Positions 18,427 through 30,409 are shown, numbered from the stretch's first letter. The stretch: 50,552 nt of DNA from Acidimicrobiia bacterium (GCA_029210695.1 JARGFH010000025.1:1-50552), one strand, 5' to 3'. Notes: a model not told the origin generated them from the sequence alone. Translations and numbers: made by a program.

Positions 18427-19152
18427 TCAGATGGGCGGCCAGCCGAGCCGCGCAAAGGTGCGTTGCAAGGGGATGAAGATGGATTGCCAGATCCCGGTGG
18501 TGAAGAGCACCCCGACGATGATCAGCATGCTGCCGCCTGCCAGCTCGATGCGGCGACCATTGCGCCGCAACCAGTCCAGGGTTGAGTGGGCCTTCTGGAA
18601 CCAGACTGCCGCCAGCACGAAGGGGATGCCGAGACCAAGGGAATACAGCATGAGCAGGGCGGCTCCCCAGCCTGCGGTCTGGGTGGCGCCGGCGATGGCG
18701 AGGATGGTGCCGAGGATCGGCCCGATACACGGGGTCCAACCGAAACCAAACGCCAATCCCAGGGGAAATGCAGAACCGGGACCGCGAGCTATTCGCCCGA
18801 GATCGAAGCGCCGTTCCCGTTGGAAACCGGGGAGTCTGAACCAGCCGATCATGGCCGCCCCCATGGCAATGATCCCCAGGCCGGCGATCCTGGTGATGGT
18901 ATCGGCGTTGCGTAGGAGCAGCGATCCGACCAGCGCGAAACCGGCCCCCAACGCGGTGAATACCACCGTGAAACCGGCCACGAACAGCAGCGATGCTCGC
19001 AGGGCGGTTCGCTTTGCCTGTGCCGTTCCCAGTTCGGGTACAGGGAGGGCGGTGATGTAGGAGATGTAGCCGGGTATGAGCGGCAGCACACAAGGCGAGC
19101 TGACCGACACGAAACCGGCGACGACTGCTAGAAGGGGGAGCGCAAAATCCAT
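18427..19152 (-). CDS. ccdA: Cytochrome c biogenesis protein CcdA
   Basis: SPCVLPLIPGY, GWTPCIGP. Confidence 0.9.
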   Translation of the reverse strand: MDFALPLLAVVAGFVSVSSPCVLPLIPGYISYITALPVPELGTAQAKRTALRASLLFVAGFTVVFTALGAGFALVGSLLLRNADTITRIAGLGIIAMGAAMIGWFRLPGFQRERRFDLGRIARGPGSAFPLGLAFGFGWTPCIGPILGTILAIAGATQTAGWGAALLMLYSLGLGIPFVLAAVWFQKAHSTLDWLRRNGRRIELAGGSMLIIVGVLFTTGIWQSIFIPLQRTFARLGWPPI

Positions 19153-19210
19153 GAAAGGCAAGCTCTGTCGGAGTCGCGGTCGGGCGCAATGTGTGGCATC
19201 TTCGGCCGGC

Positions 19211-19822
19211 TCACAATCCCGGAACCTCCGCCAGGAACTCCTCAGCGGAAACGAACATGGTGGCGTAATGCTTGACCCACTTGACCTCCCCGTCAGTGCC
19301 GACCAGGGCGAAGCTGTGGCTGGGGCGATCGCTGTGCCCGTAGACACCCAGCATCTCGTAGGCGTTGGAGACCGAGCGGTCCTCGTCGATCAGGATCGGA
19401 TCGACGATGCCAAACCGGACGCTCTCGTCTGCGACCATCTGGGCCGGGTCGACCATGACCGGAACGAGGGTGACCCCCCGGGCGGCGAGGGTCTCGTCGA
19501 TCTCGGAGATCTGCGCAAAGCATCCATCGCAGCCAACCCCCATCGAGAAGTAGAGCATCGCTTCATTGCCCCCCGCCAGGACCTGATCGAGGGTCACCTC
19601 GGTACTTGCTGAGGTGGGCAACGCGAAGCCGGGGGCTTCGCTTCCCAGCAGGCCGTGCTGAGGTTCGAAGGTGGAAACTCCTATCGCCACCAGCAATCCG
19701 ATGGTCAGCAGTGGTGCTGCGAAACCCAGCCACGCCCAGCGACGGGATGTGCGCTTTGATGTCGTGCTCTTGGTGGGGGTGCGCATAGTGGTGCTTGTCT
19801 GCAGTTTCGTGGGTCGGCTCAT
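19211..19822 (-). CDS. Membrane-anchored AhpC/TSA-fold redoxin
   Basis: TM segment, APGFALP, GVGCDGC. Confidence 0.75.
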   Translation of the reverse strand: MSRPTKLQTSTTMRTPTKSTTSKRTSRRWAWLGFAAPLLTIGLLVAIGVSTFEPQHGLLGSEAPGFALPTSASTEVTLDQVLAGGNEAMLYFSMGVGCDGCFAQISEIDETLAARGVTLVPVMVDPAQMVADESVRFGIVDPILIDEDRSVSNAYEMLGVYGHSDRPSHSFALVGTDGEVKWVKHYATMFVSAEEFLAEVPGL

Positions 19823-20711
19823 GGCAACTCCCTCCAGTTTCGTTTTGTTCGACTCGACGTCGGCGTCCGGAGATCGCCACGGCGGCAATAGCGATGCCCA
19901 CCAACCCCATGCCGACCGCCAGGTCGGGTATGGGTTCCATCCATCTGACCACCGGCATGAGGAGGTCTTCGATCCACACTCCGATACCGGCCTGGAAGGT
20001 GGGGGCGATGGACTCACCGGTGAACGAGACCACGAACAGGACGATCCCCATCACCGCGAACAGCCCGGCGGAGACCAGATTGATGGTGTTGGTGGTGAAA
20101 GTCCGCCCGGCCAGGCTCCATTGGACTTCCCGACCGCGAAAGGCTGGGCGGTCGCCCAGCCCGAGACGGTCCCAGAGGACGGTCATAACGAGGAGAGGAA
20201 AGACCATCCCGAACACGTAGGTGAGGCCGATGGCCACACCTTGGGTGAGGCTGGGGGCGATGGCCGACATGGTCAGTACTCCTGCCAGTACCGGGGCGCA
20301 GCAAGCGCTGGCCGCCCCGGAGAAGACCCCGAGAGCAAAGATCCCGCCCGAGTCGGTGCGTTGGATGTCCGGGGCGCCGCGCAGCATCGGCAACGCCCAG
20401 CTGACCCCCATCGCCGAGATGACCGCCAAACCCAGCAGCAGCACCCCGCCGAGGAAATAGATCGGTCCGTGGAACTGGAGCAGCGACCGGGTGAGGAAAC
20501 CGATGCCAAGGGTCACCGGCACCAGCACCACGGCGATCCCCGCCGCGAAGACCAGGGTGAGGGGCACCAGCCGCCAGCGGCGATTTCTCACCGCGGCGGC
20601 CAGGTAGGCGGGGAACATGAACACGATGCAACAGGGAGCGAAGAGCGCCACCCCGCCGGCGACGAAGGCCGCGAATAGCGACCCGCCGAAGAAGATACCT
20701 TCCACGATCAT
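19563..20711 (-). CDS. CcdA/DsbD-like membrane protein with double-Cys motifs
   Basis: FAPCCIVFMFPAY and ASACCAPVL; the 3' tail overlaps the next gene by 260 nt. Confidence 0.8.
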   Translation of the reverse strand: MIVEGIFFGGSLFAAFVAGGVALFAPCCIVFMFPAYLAAAVRNRRWRLVPLTLVFAAGIAVVLVPVTLGIGFLTRSLLQFHGPIYFLGGVLLLGLAVISAMGVSWALPMLRGAPDIQRTDSGGIFALGVFSGAASACCAPVLAGVLTMSAIAPSLTQGVAIGLTYVFGMVFPLLVMTVLWDRLGLGDRPAFRGREVQWSLAGRTFTTNTINLVSAGLFAVMGIVLFVVSFTGESIAPTFQAGIGVWIEDLLMPVVRWMEPIPDLAVGMGLVGIAIAAVAISGRRRRVEQNETGGSCHEPTHETADKHHYAHPHQEHDIKAHIPSLGVAGFRSTTADHRIAGGDRSFHLRTSARPAGKRSPRLRVAHLSKYRGDPRSGPGGGQ

Positions 20712-21025
20712 TCCTCCCCATCGACGAGCCGGGTGAGGGCCCGGGTCAGCTTGCGTTCCGAGATGCGCCCGTGGGCGTGGTATTGGCCGTCGATAAGAAG
20801 AACCGGCGGGAACGGAACCCGAAAGCGTCGGGCGAGTTCGACGCCTTCGGGGCTGGTCAGGTCGATCCGCTCGATGCTGAGCGGGAACCGCTGTCCGAGG
20901 TTGCCGAGCAACTGGTCTGCTTCCCGACAGAAGTGACAACCCGCACTCGTCACCAGCTTCAGATGAATACTCAGGTCACCGGATGCTGGTTGGCCGGTCG
21001 GGGCGGGTGACGATGCTGTGGTCAC
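20708..21025 (-). CDS. Glutaredoxin-like protein
   Basis: GCHFC, PVLLIDG. Confidence 0.8.
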   Translation of the reverse strand: MTTASSPAPTGQPASGDLSIHLKLVTSAGCHFCREADQLLGNLGQRFPLSIERIDLTSPEGVELARRFRVPFPPVLLIDGQYHAHGRISERKLTRALTRLVDGEE

Positions 21026-21483
21026 GGTTCCGCCACCGTCAGCGTGCCGCGCATCCCGGCGTTTGCGTGTCCCGGGTAGGTGCAGACGATCGAGAAGGTT
21101 CCCGGTCCGGTGGGGGTGAACCCGACCGTCGAGCTTTGCCCCGGCCGTGCCTCGATGTGAACGTCGAGGTCGGCCACCGAGAGATCGTGGGGAACCGATC
21201 CGCTGTTCACCAAGGTCAGATTGACCGGCTGACCCGAGGTAACTGTGATCTCAGTAGGAGAGAAGGCGAAATCGGTAGCGGTGATCTCCACCTCTGCCGC
21301 TCCCCGGATCGGCGAGTCCGTTCCGGAGCCTTCCCATCCACCCATCATTGGGCCCATCATTGAGTCATGCCAGGACCCCAGGTGGGTTCCCGAGCCCGGT
21401 CCGGTCATCACCCCACCCACCAGGGCGGCGGTCACCAGGATCAGGCCGGCGATAAGCAGCCGACTTTCGTGGATCCGGGTCAT
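21022..21483 (-). CDS. Secreted/anchored cupredoxin
   Basis: FAFSPTEI, PHDL, CTYPGHANAGM; HDSMMGPMM. Confidence 0.85.
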   Translation of the reverse strand: MTRIHESRLLIAGLILVTAALVGGVMTGPGSGTHLGSWHDSMMGPMMGGWEGSGTDSPIRGAAEVEITATDFAFSPTEITVTSGQPVNLTLVNSGSVPHDLSVADLDVHIEARPGQSSTVGFTPTGPGTFSIVCTYPGHANAGMRGTLTVAEP

Positions 21484-21704
21484 GATCGCGTGAGTTCGCG
21501 GCGTCGCTCGGCCAGTTCGGTGGCGTCGATCTCACCGCGAGCGAACCGCTCCTCGAGGATCTCGAGGGCGCTGCTACCCCTCTGGGATTGCCCGCCGCTC
21601 GGTACGAACCGTACGGCCCAGACGATCAGCAGCACGACCCCTACCCAGAACAGCACCATCCATAAACCACCCAGCCAGCTTCCGGTTCCCCATCCCCACA
21701 TCAT
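21480..21704 (-). CDS. SHOCT-domain membrane protein
   Basis: MMWG, TM segment, ALEILEERFARGEID. Confidence 0.85.
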   Translation of the reverse strand: MMWGWGTGSWLGGLWMVLFWVGVVLLIVWAVRFVPSGGQSQRGSSALEILEERFARGEIDATELAERRRELTRS

Positions 21705-21772
21705 CGTGTCGTCTCCTAGATCGGATTCGCACGTATCCAAGCGAGCGCGGGTCAAGGCACGATTCGGTTCTG

Positions 21773-21791
21773 GGTAAAGCTTCTGTAAAGG
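21773..21791 (-). promoter_or_regulatory. Candidate OmpR-family binding box, copy B
   Basis: Sense strand reads CCTTTACAGAAGCTTTACC. Confidence 0.65.
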
Positions 21792-21839
21792 CCACCTCGG
21801 CAGCTTGTTGAAGGATGTCGTACTCGGCGAGGTGTCTGC

Positions 21840-22298
21840 TCAGTGCCGGTGTGGAGTCGGCGCCCCGTGTAGCTCGGCTCCCGTCTCTGCCGTTAACGAT
21901 TTGCGGGGGGCGATGGTCTGGCATCGGTGGGGGTCCGTGCAATCGGCCGGGTCGAGCGCTTGCCCACGTTCGATCATGGTCTCCAGTTCCAGGCGGGTCT
22001 TCTGGAGGACGGCGATGCGGGTATCGAGGTCGCGGAGATGATGCTTCAACAGACCGAGGACATGTTGGCAGGTGGAGGCGCCCTGTTCCCGCAGCTCGAG
22101 GACCGAAGTGATCTCCTCCAGGGTGAGACCCGTTGCCTGCGCTTCTCTGATGAACCGCAATCGCTCAACTGCGTCGTGGTGGTATGCCCGGTACCCGTTC
22201 GGCGCTCGCTCGGCGGGGGGCAGCACCCCTACGTCTTCGTAGAAGCGGATGGTTTTGGTGTTCACCCCGGTTGCCTGGGCCAGTTGACCGATCTGCAT
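21840..22298 (-). CDS. MerR-family heavy-metal-responsive regulator
   Basis: IGQLA..TIRFYE..NGYRAY; Cys77, Cys120, Cys126. Confidence 0.92.
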   Translation of the reverse strand: MQIGQLAQATGVNTKTIRFYEDVGVLPPAERAPNGYRAYHHDAVERLRFIREAQATGLTLEEITSVLELREQGASTCQHVLGLLKHHLRDLDTRIAVLQKTRLELETMIERGQALDPADCTDPHRCQTIAPRKSLTAETGAELHGAPTPHRH

Positions 22299-22312
22299 GA
22301 TTGGGAATTTTA

Positions 22313-22345
22313 CTTGACATTCCAGTCGGATGGAAGGTGTAGAAA
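22313..22345 (+). promoter_or_regulatory. MerR-type promoter/operator, copy B, between divergent merR and copB
   Basis: CTTGACATTCCAGTCGGATGGAAGGTGTA. Confidence 0.8.
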
Positions 22346-22377
22346 GGTACAATCGACCACGAACCTTGGAACCAAAG

Positions 22378-24429
22378 ATGACTACCCATGCTGACATGAC
22401 TCACTCCGGCCACGATCCCGTTGTGCCGACCACAGCCGGTGATGATGCCAATCAGAGCCATGACAAGCATGAGGGGCACAGCCCGGAGATGTTCCGGGAC
22501 CGACTGTGGGTGAGTCTGGCCTTGACGGTCCCCATCCTCTATTTCTCCACTCAGATTCAGGAGTGGTTTGGTTACCAAGCGGTTACTTTCCCGGGCGACG
22601 CTTGGGTAAGTCCAATCCTGGCCACGGTGCTGTTCTTCTACGGGGGGATCGTGTTCCTGAGGGGCGGGTACCGGGAGCTGCGGGATCGGGTTCCGGGGAT
22701 GATGGTTCTGATCTCGATCGCTATCACGGTCGCCTATGTCTACAGCGTGGCGGTGTCGTTGGGTTTGGACGGCAAGCCGTTCTACTGGGAGCTGGCCACC
22801 CTGTTGGATGTGATGCTGTTGGGTCACTGGATGGAGATGCGCTCCGTCCAGTCGGCGAGCCGGGCGTTGGAGCATCTCGCCTCGATGGTCCCGTCCGTCG
22901 CACACCGCGTCGGCGTCGACGGGGCGGTCGGGGATGTTCCGGTTGCCGATCTGGTCGACGGTGATTCGATATTGATCCGCCCCGGCGAGCAGGTACCCGC
23001 CGACGGCGACATCACCGAGGGCGACTCGAGTATGAACGAGGCGTTTCTTACCGGCGAATCCCGCCCGGTGATGAAAGGAGCCGGCGATGAGGTGGTGGCC
23101 GGAGCTGTCAACGGGGAAGGTGCCCTGACCGTTCGGGTCACCCGCACCGGCGAGGCGACCACTCTCAGCCAGATCATGCGGCTGGTCGAGGAAGCTCAAG
23201 CATCCCGCAGCCGCTTTCAGATGCTGGCCGATCGGGCCGCCTACTGGCTGACCATCATCGCCGTCGGGGTGTCGCTCCCCACCCTGATCGCCTGGCTTGT
23301 CTTCGGAACCGGGGGGATAGATTTTGCGGTGGCCCGGGCGGTCACCGTGCTGGTGATCGCCTGCCCGCACGCGTTGGGCCTCGCCATCCCGCTGGTCAAC
23401 ATGAACGCCACCTCGCTGTCGGCCCGCAACGGGATCCTGGTCCGCAACCGGGAAGCATTTGAGCGGGGGCGCAGTATCCGCTTCGTCGCTTTCGACAAGA
23501 CCGGAACCCTCACCGAGGGGCGATTCGAAGTCTCGGCGGTCGAAGCAGATGACCTCAGCGAAGACGAGTTGCTGAGGGCGGCCGCTTCCCTGGAGCGATC
23601 CTCCGAGCATCCGCTCGCGGCGGCGATCGTTGAAGCAACCCAGAAGCGCAACCTCGAGCTCGCCACGGGGCAGGGAGTGACTGCGGTGCCCGGCTACGGC
23701 CTCGAAGGACGAGTGAACGGGCGGCGCCTGCGGCTAGGCCGTCCCGAATGGGCTGAGGAACTTGGCGCCGAGTTGTCCGGCCCGCTGGCCGCCGCACTGG
23801 AACAGGCGGACCGTCGAGGGGAGAGCGCGGTGGTGATGATCGAAGACCAACGGACGGTCGGGGTCATCGCGCTGGCCGACAAGATCCGGGACACGGCGAG
23901 AGACGCCGTGGCGCGACTGCGAGAGCTGGACGTGACCCCGGTGATGGTCACCGGCGACGCAGAAGCGGTGGCTGCCACCGTCGCCGCAGAACTCGGGATC
24001 GACCGCTACTACGCCCGGGTGCTTCCCGCCGACAAAGGAAGGATCGTCAGGGAACTCAAATTGGAGGGCCCCACGGCATTCGTGGGAGACGGGATCAACG
24101 ACGCCCCGGCGCTGCTGGAAGCAGACCTCGGCATCGCGATCGGGGCCGGTACCAATGTGGCCATCGAATCCGCCGACCTGGTGCTGGTCGACGACGACCC
24201 CTCCGACGTGGTCAGAGCACTGGTCCTCTCCCGAGCCACTCACCGCAAGATGATCCAAAATCTGGCCTGGGCCACCGGCTACAACACCATCGCCATTCCC
24301 CTGGCGGCCGGAGTTGCCGTCTCCGCCGGGATCCTGCTCAACCCGGCCGTCGGGGCACTCCTGATGAGCCTCTCGACGGTGATCGTGGCGATCAACGCCA
24401 TGCTGCTTCGACGGGTGCAGCTTGACTGA
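22378..24429 (+). CDS. copB: P1B-3 copper-exporting ATPase (CopB-type)
   Basis: His-rich N-terminus, TGES, CPHALG, DKTGT, SEHPL, GDGIND, YN, MSLS. Confidence 0.92.
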   Translation: MTTHADMTHSGHDPVVPTTAGDDANQSHDKHEGHSPEMFRDRLWVSLALTVPILYFSTQIQEWFGYQAVTFPGDAWVSPILATVLFFYGGIVFLRGGYRELRDRVPGMMVLISIAITVAYVYSVAVSLGLDGKPFYWELATLLDVMLLGHWMEMRSVQSASRALEHLASMVPSVAHRVGVDGAVGDVPVADLVDGDSILIRPGEQVPADGDITEGDSSMNEAFLTGESRPVMKGAGDEVVAGAVNGEGALTVRVTRTGEATTLSQIMRLVEEAQASRSRFQMLADRAAYWLTIIAVGVSLPTLIAWLVFGTGGIDFAVARAVTVLVIACPHALGLAIPLVNMNATSLSARNGILVRNREAFERGRSIRFVAFDKTGTLTEGRFEVSAVEADDLSEDELLRAAASLERSSEHPLAAAIVEATQKRNLELATGQGVTAVPGYGLEGRVNGRRLRLGRPEWAEELGAELSGPLAAALEQADRRGESAVVMIEDQRTVGVIALADKIRDTARDAVARLRELDVTPVMVTGDAEAVAATVAAELGIDRYYARVLPADKGRIVRELKLEGPTAFVGDGINDAPALLEADLGIAIGAGTNVAIESADLVLVDDDPSDVVRALVLSRATHRKMIQNLAWATGYNTIAIPLAAGVAVSAGILLNPAVGALLMSLSTVIVAINAMLLRRVQLD

Positions 24430-24482
24430 TCCGGCGACAGGAGAGTGCGCCACCGTTCTGCGTTTTGCAGTCAAGGTCCGCT

Positions 24483-24509
24483 CCGCTGTCAAGAGCCCGC
24501 TGTCAAGAG
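24483..24509 (+). repeat. CCGCTGTCAAGAG tandem repeat (x2)
   Basis: Exact 13-mers at 14-bp period; partial copy at 24467-24476. Confidence 0.6.
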
Positions 24510-24756
24510 TCCGCCCATCACGCGAGATGGCGCGATGGGCGGGGAAACAACGCGACATGATGGGAAGGGAAAGCGGCTTCGGAGCGGGCGTCTCGCGCAT
24601 CATACGACTTTGACCGGTATTCGGGCTTTGATGAGCAGCGGCATATGAATGACTGAAACCGAAGACCCTGCGACTGGTGTGAATCGCCACCGTCAATGGC
24701 ACACCTATTCTGGTTGCGCTGTAGAAGCATCCATCGATCGAGAGAGAAGGTTCGAG

Positions 24757-24981
24757 ATGAACCCGCTAGTCAAGTTCATGGCTTCGGTTAACGGTCGCCT
24801 GGTCCGCGTCGTTGCCGGCATCGCGTTGATTGTGTGGGGTATCTGGGGACTCGGAGGCGCGATTGGGGTCATAGTGGCCGTTGTGGGCGCAGTGCCTCTG
24901 CTGGCCGGAGCGTTCGATGTCTGCGTATTGGCACCGCTGTTCGGCAACCCTTTCCAGGGCAAAGACATCCGCGCTGAATAG
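24757..24981 (+). CDS. DUF2892/YgaP-like small membrane protein
   Basis: GRLVRVVAG, two TMs, GAFDVC. Confidence 0.75.
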   Translation: MNPLVKFMASVNGRLVRVVAGIALIVWGIWGLGGAIGVIVAVVGAVPLLAGAFDVCVLAPLFGNPFQGKDIRAE

Positions 24982-25339
24982 CCCTCGGCGTCCTCCCCAC
25001 AGTCTCGCTTGGAGGGCTCTATCAGTCACCCGATCCCGCCAGGGACAACGGCCCCGGTCATCACATCTAGGTAACTGCGGCTTCCTCCGATTTCGGGCAT
25101 TCGCCGATGCGGGGGTGAGTCCGTCATCGCACTCGGGCGAAGCCGGCGACCAGCGTGGCGGCCCGGTCGGCTCGAGCTTTGTCGTTTCGCCCGTGAGGAG
25201 GAGGCGTCTCCGCCGCCTTACATTCCATGGCCGTTCGCTGGTGATGGCGGCATGCACAAGTGGCGAGTGCTCATCTCCGCCGCTCGTGTAATCCACGACA
25301 TCGTCGAGGAGACCTTCGACCTTCTGGACCGGGCGGGAT

Positions 25340-27690
<2,351 letters not shown>

Positions 27691-27691
<1 letters not shown>

Positions 27692-27927
27692 CAGTCTTCA
27701 GGAAGAGCCGCAAAATCGCGCTTGGTGTTCCTGTACCAGCCCATTCCTTTGATGGGGTTCTTCCATCTCCCTTTCATGTCGTTCAAAGCGCTCTTGTGCG
27801 CTTCGTCGCCGGCTGCGACAACCTCTTTGAGATGCTGGTCTTGCGCCTTGATCACCTCGTCGGCAGTTTCCCCACGGAGGGGGAGGTCGCATGCTCCACC
27901 CAATTGTCTACAAGTCATGGTTTTCAT
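27691..27927 (-). CDS. DUF1059 small metal-binding protein
   Basis: MTCRQLGGACD...H; TGATG coupling to uvrA. Confidence 0.75.
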
Positions 27928-27980
27928 GGGTCTCTTTCGGTTCAGATCGTTCGGGTTGTCGAAGCACCGGCCAAAGGCAA

Positions 27981-28310
27981 TCAGGTCCGTTCTCCGACGA
28001 GAAGCTGTTGCACACTTTGAGACGAACGAGCGGCCCGTATCAGGTAGATGCCCAGGGCGAGGTTTCCGGTCAGCATGAGCCCCAGCCACCACGGCGCCGC
28101 TCGGGCGACTGAGGCCTCACGCCACCCGATCCAAACACCCGCCACCAACAACCCGGAGGCAAGATCGGCGAGTGTCACCCGACCCCAGGGGTCTCCGACC
28201 ACGACGCGAAGGCCTTCAACGAAACCGCCCGCGGCCATCCCGTAGGCGATGGCGGCAATCATGGTGATGGCAACGACGGGGCCAATAGCCCTAGCGGTCC
28301 GCAGTTGCAT
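27981..28310 (-). CDS. DUF1475-like membrane protein
   Basis: PWGRVTLADL..WIGWRE..GN. Confidence 0.6.
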   Translation of the reverse strand: MQLRTARAIGPVVAITMIAAIAYGMAAGGFVEGLRVVVGDPWGRVTLADLASGLLVAGVWIGWREASVARAAPWWLGLMLTGNLALGIYLIRAARSSQSVQQLLVGERT

Positions 28311-28425
28311 AGGATCCCTCTCTCGTCGGCACGATCGACGCTCGACTCTACCCCGCTCGCTCGCGCACGGACCCTCGACGAGTGTGAATTGGAGGGTAGA
28401 TCCGTGAGGATGCTCGACCCGGTGA

Positions 28426-28659
28426 TCAGCCAGATCCAAGCTCGGTACGGGCTCGCGCAATGGCGGCAGCCTCCTCATCGGTCAGCCGGCGCACTGCCAG
28501 GCCGGTGGCCACCAGCACCCAGTCCCCGGGGATGATCACCTCGCCTGCGAGCGTCAGCACGGCCAGGGAAAGGGACACGGTCCGGCCCTCCGAAACGCCA
28601 ACGGCCCGGCTGCCGTCGGCGTCGACCGCCTCGATACGTGCGAGCCTGCTCAGGCACAT
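28426..28659 (-). CDS. hypC: HypC/HupF-like hydrogenase chaperone (divergent)
   Basis: MCL start, GDWVLV..G.A..L..EEA; the usual His is absent. Confidence 0.7.
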   Translation of the reverse strand: MCLSRLARIEAVDADGSRAVGVSEGRTVSLSLAVLTLAGEVIIPGDWVLVATGLAVRRLTDEEAAAIARARTELGSG

Positions 28660-29108
28660 ACCGCCCTGACCTCCTCTGCGACCTGATGGATGAGACCGGG
28701 CAGAGCCAGCTCAACAGCTCTCGACAGACCGTGGCCGTCGCTCAGATCGGCCGGTTCGATGCCGTAGACGACCAACACCCCGGGGTTTCTGTCGAGGGCC
28801 CGCCCGAGCGCGACGGCCGACTCCAGGCCGGCACGGTGAGAGCTGAGGTGTGCGAACGTGGCGGGTATCGGGTCGACACCAACCTGGATGCGGTGCACCG
28901 TGCCGGGTGGGTCGCCGCCGCGCACGGCGTCGAGCACGATCGCCAGCCGGCGGCCCGCCCAGGCGTCCACGAGCCGGGTGGGCTCTCCATCGAGGAGCAG
29001 GACGTCTGCGTCGGGCACCATGGTCATGAGCGCCTCGGCGGCGGCGTGTCCCACTCCGTCGTCGCCCCGATAGGTGTTGCCGATCCCGATGATGACAACG
29101 TCGATCAT
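28650..29108 (-). CDS. Hydrogenase maturation endopeptidase
   Basis: GIGNTYRGDDGVG, VLDAV, SSH. Confidence 0.9.
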   Translation of the reverse strand: MIDVVIIGIGNTYRGDDGVGHAAAEALMTMVPDADVLLLDGEPTRLVDAWAGRRLAIVLDAVRGGDPPGTVHRIQVGVDPIPATFAHLSSHRAGLESAVALGRALDRNPGVLVVYGIEPADLSDGHGLSRAVELALPGLIHQVAEEVRAVCA

Positions 29109-30409
29109 GTTCGTACCACCGTGAGGTCGAGAAAGTGGGTGGCGCAGCTGATGCATGGATCGTGGTTGCGAATCGTCACCTCTGCGCCCTTCCGAAGTTC
29201 TTCGTCGTCCAGGCCGATGTTCGCCTGCACGTAGCGGGTCAGGTCGTCTTCGATGGCCGCCTGGTTCTGTGAGGTCGGCGGTGTGATGACGGCGTCGGTG
29301 ATCACTCCATCATCACTCAACTTGTACCGGTGGTAGAGCAGGCCGCGCGGGGCCTCGGTAGCGCCGTGGCCGGTGCCGCCGCCGATCGTTGCCTCGAGGT
29401 ACGGCCGGTCGGGTTCGTCGTATGCATCGACGATGGCGAGTCCCACCTCGATCACGTCGAGTGTTTCCACCGCCCGTACCACGATGCTTCGGAACGGATT
29501 GCTGCAATCAGCGGTCAAGCCGACTGCCCCGGCCGCGTCTGCGGCGACCGTCGTCAACCGGTCGAAGTTGAGGCGAAAGCGGGCCAGCGGACCGACCAGG
29601 TAGGTACCCCTGGCCCGGATCCGCGAGTGCAGCGCCGTCGAATGCTCGACATGTTCCTCCACGAAATGCTCCGGGTACTCCTGATCGGTGATGTCGAGGC
29701 CGCCGTCGGAGATGATCCGGCCGTCGAGGATGGCGTACTCGGTGGGATGGCGCAGCGCCACCATCTCATGGTCCACTTCGAGTTCGGGGAAATCGAGGCC
29801 GCCCACCAACTCCACCACCTCGGCCGCCATGTCCCTGGCATGCTCCAGCTTCGGTCGGAACGCCAGCAACTCCCTTCGCGTCGGCACCTTGTAGAAGCCG
29901 CCCACCTGCACGTTGATCGGGTGGATGGCGCGTCCGCCGATGAGCTCGAGCAGTTCGTTGCCGATCTTCTTGAGAGCCAGTGCGCGCTCTACTGCCGGGC
30001 GGTTGATGCCTGCCAGATCTATTGCGCTGTCCAAACCGAAGAAGTCGGGAAGGTGGAGGAAGTGAATGTGGAGGATGTGGCTCTCGATCCATTCGGCGCA
30101 ATAGAGAAGGCGGCGGAGCTCCCGGAGCTGCCCGTTCACCTCGAGGCCGAGGGCATCTTCGATCGCCCGGCAGGCGCTCATCTGGTAGGCCACGGGACAG
30201 ATCCCACAGATGCGGGCGGTGATGTCGGGCGGTTCGCTATATCGCCGGCCGCGAAGAAAACCTTCGAAGAAGCGGGGCGGCTCGTAGATGTTGAGTTCGA
30301 CCCGGCCGACCGTCCCTTCGTGGATCTCCACCCGCATGGCTCCTTCGCCTTCGACGCGGGCGAGCTCCTCGGTGGTGAGGGTGCGGCTCGGCTTGGCCTT
30401 GTGGGTCAT
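29105..30409 (-). CDS. hyhL: Group 3b [NiFe]-hydrogenase large subunit
   Basis: [27 protein letters not shown] plus a C-terminal extension. Confidence 0.93.
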   Translation of the reverse strand: MTHKAKPSRTLTTEELARVEGEGAMRVEIHEGTVGRVELNIYEPPRFFEGFLRGRRYSEPPDITARICGICPVAYQMSACRAIEDALGLEVNGQLRELRRLLYCAEWIESHILHIHFLHLPDFFGLDSAIDLAGINRPAVERALALKKIGNELLELIGGRAIHPINVQVGGFYKVPTRRELLAFRPKLEHARDMAAEVVELVGGLDFPELEVDHEMVALRHPTEYAILDGRIISDGGLDITDQEYPEHFVEEHVEHSTALHSRIRARGTYLVGPLARFRLNFDRLTTVAADAAGAVGLTADCSNPFRSIVVRAVETLDVIEVGLAIVDAYDEPDRPYLEATIGGGTGHGATEAPRGLLYHRYKLSDDGVITDAVITPPTSQNQAAIEDDLTRYVQANIGLDDEELRKGAEVTIRNHDPCISCATHFLDLTVVRT

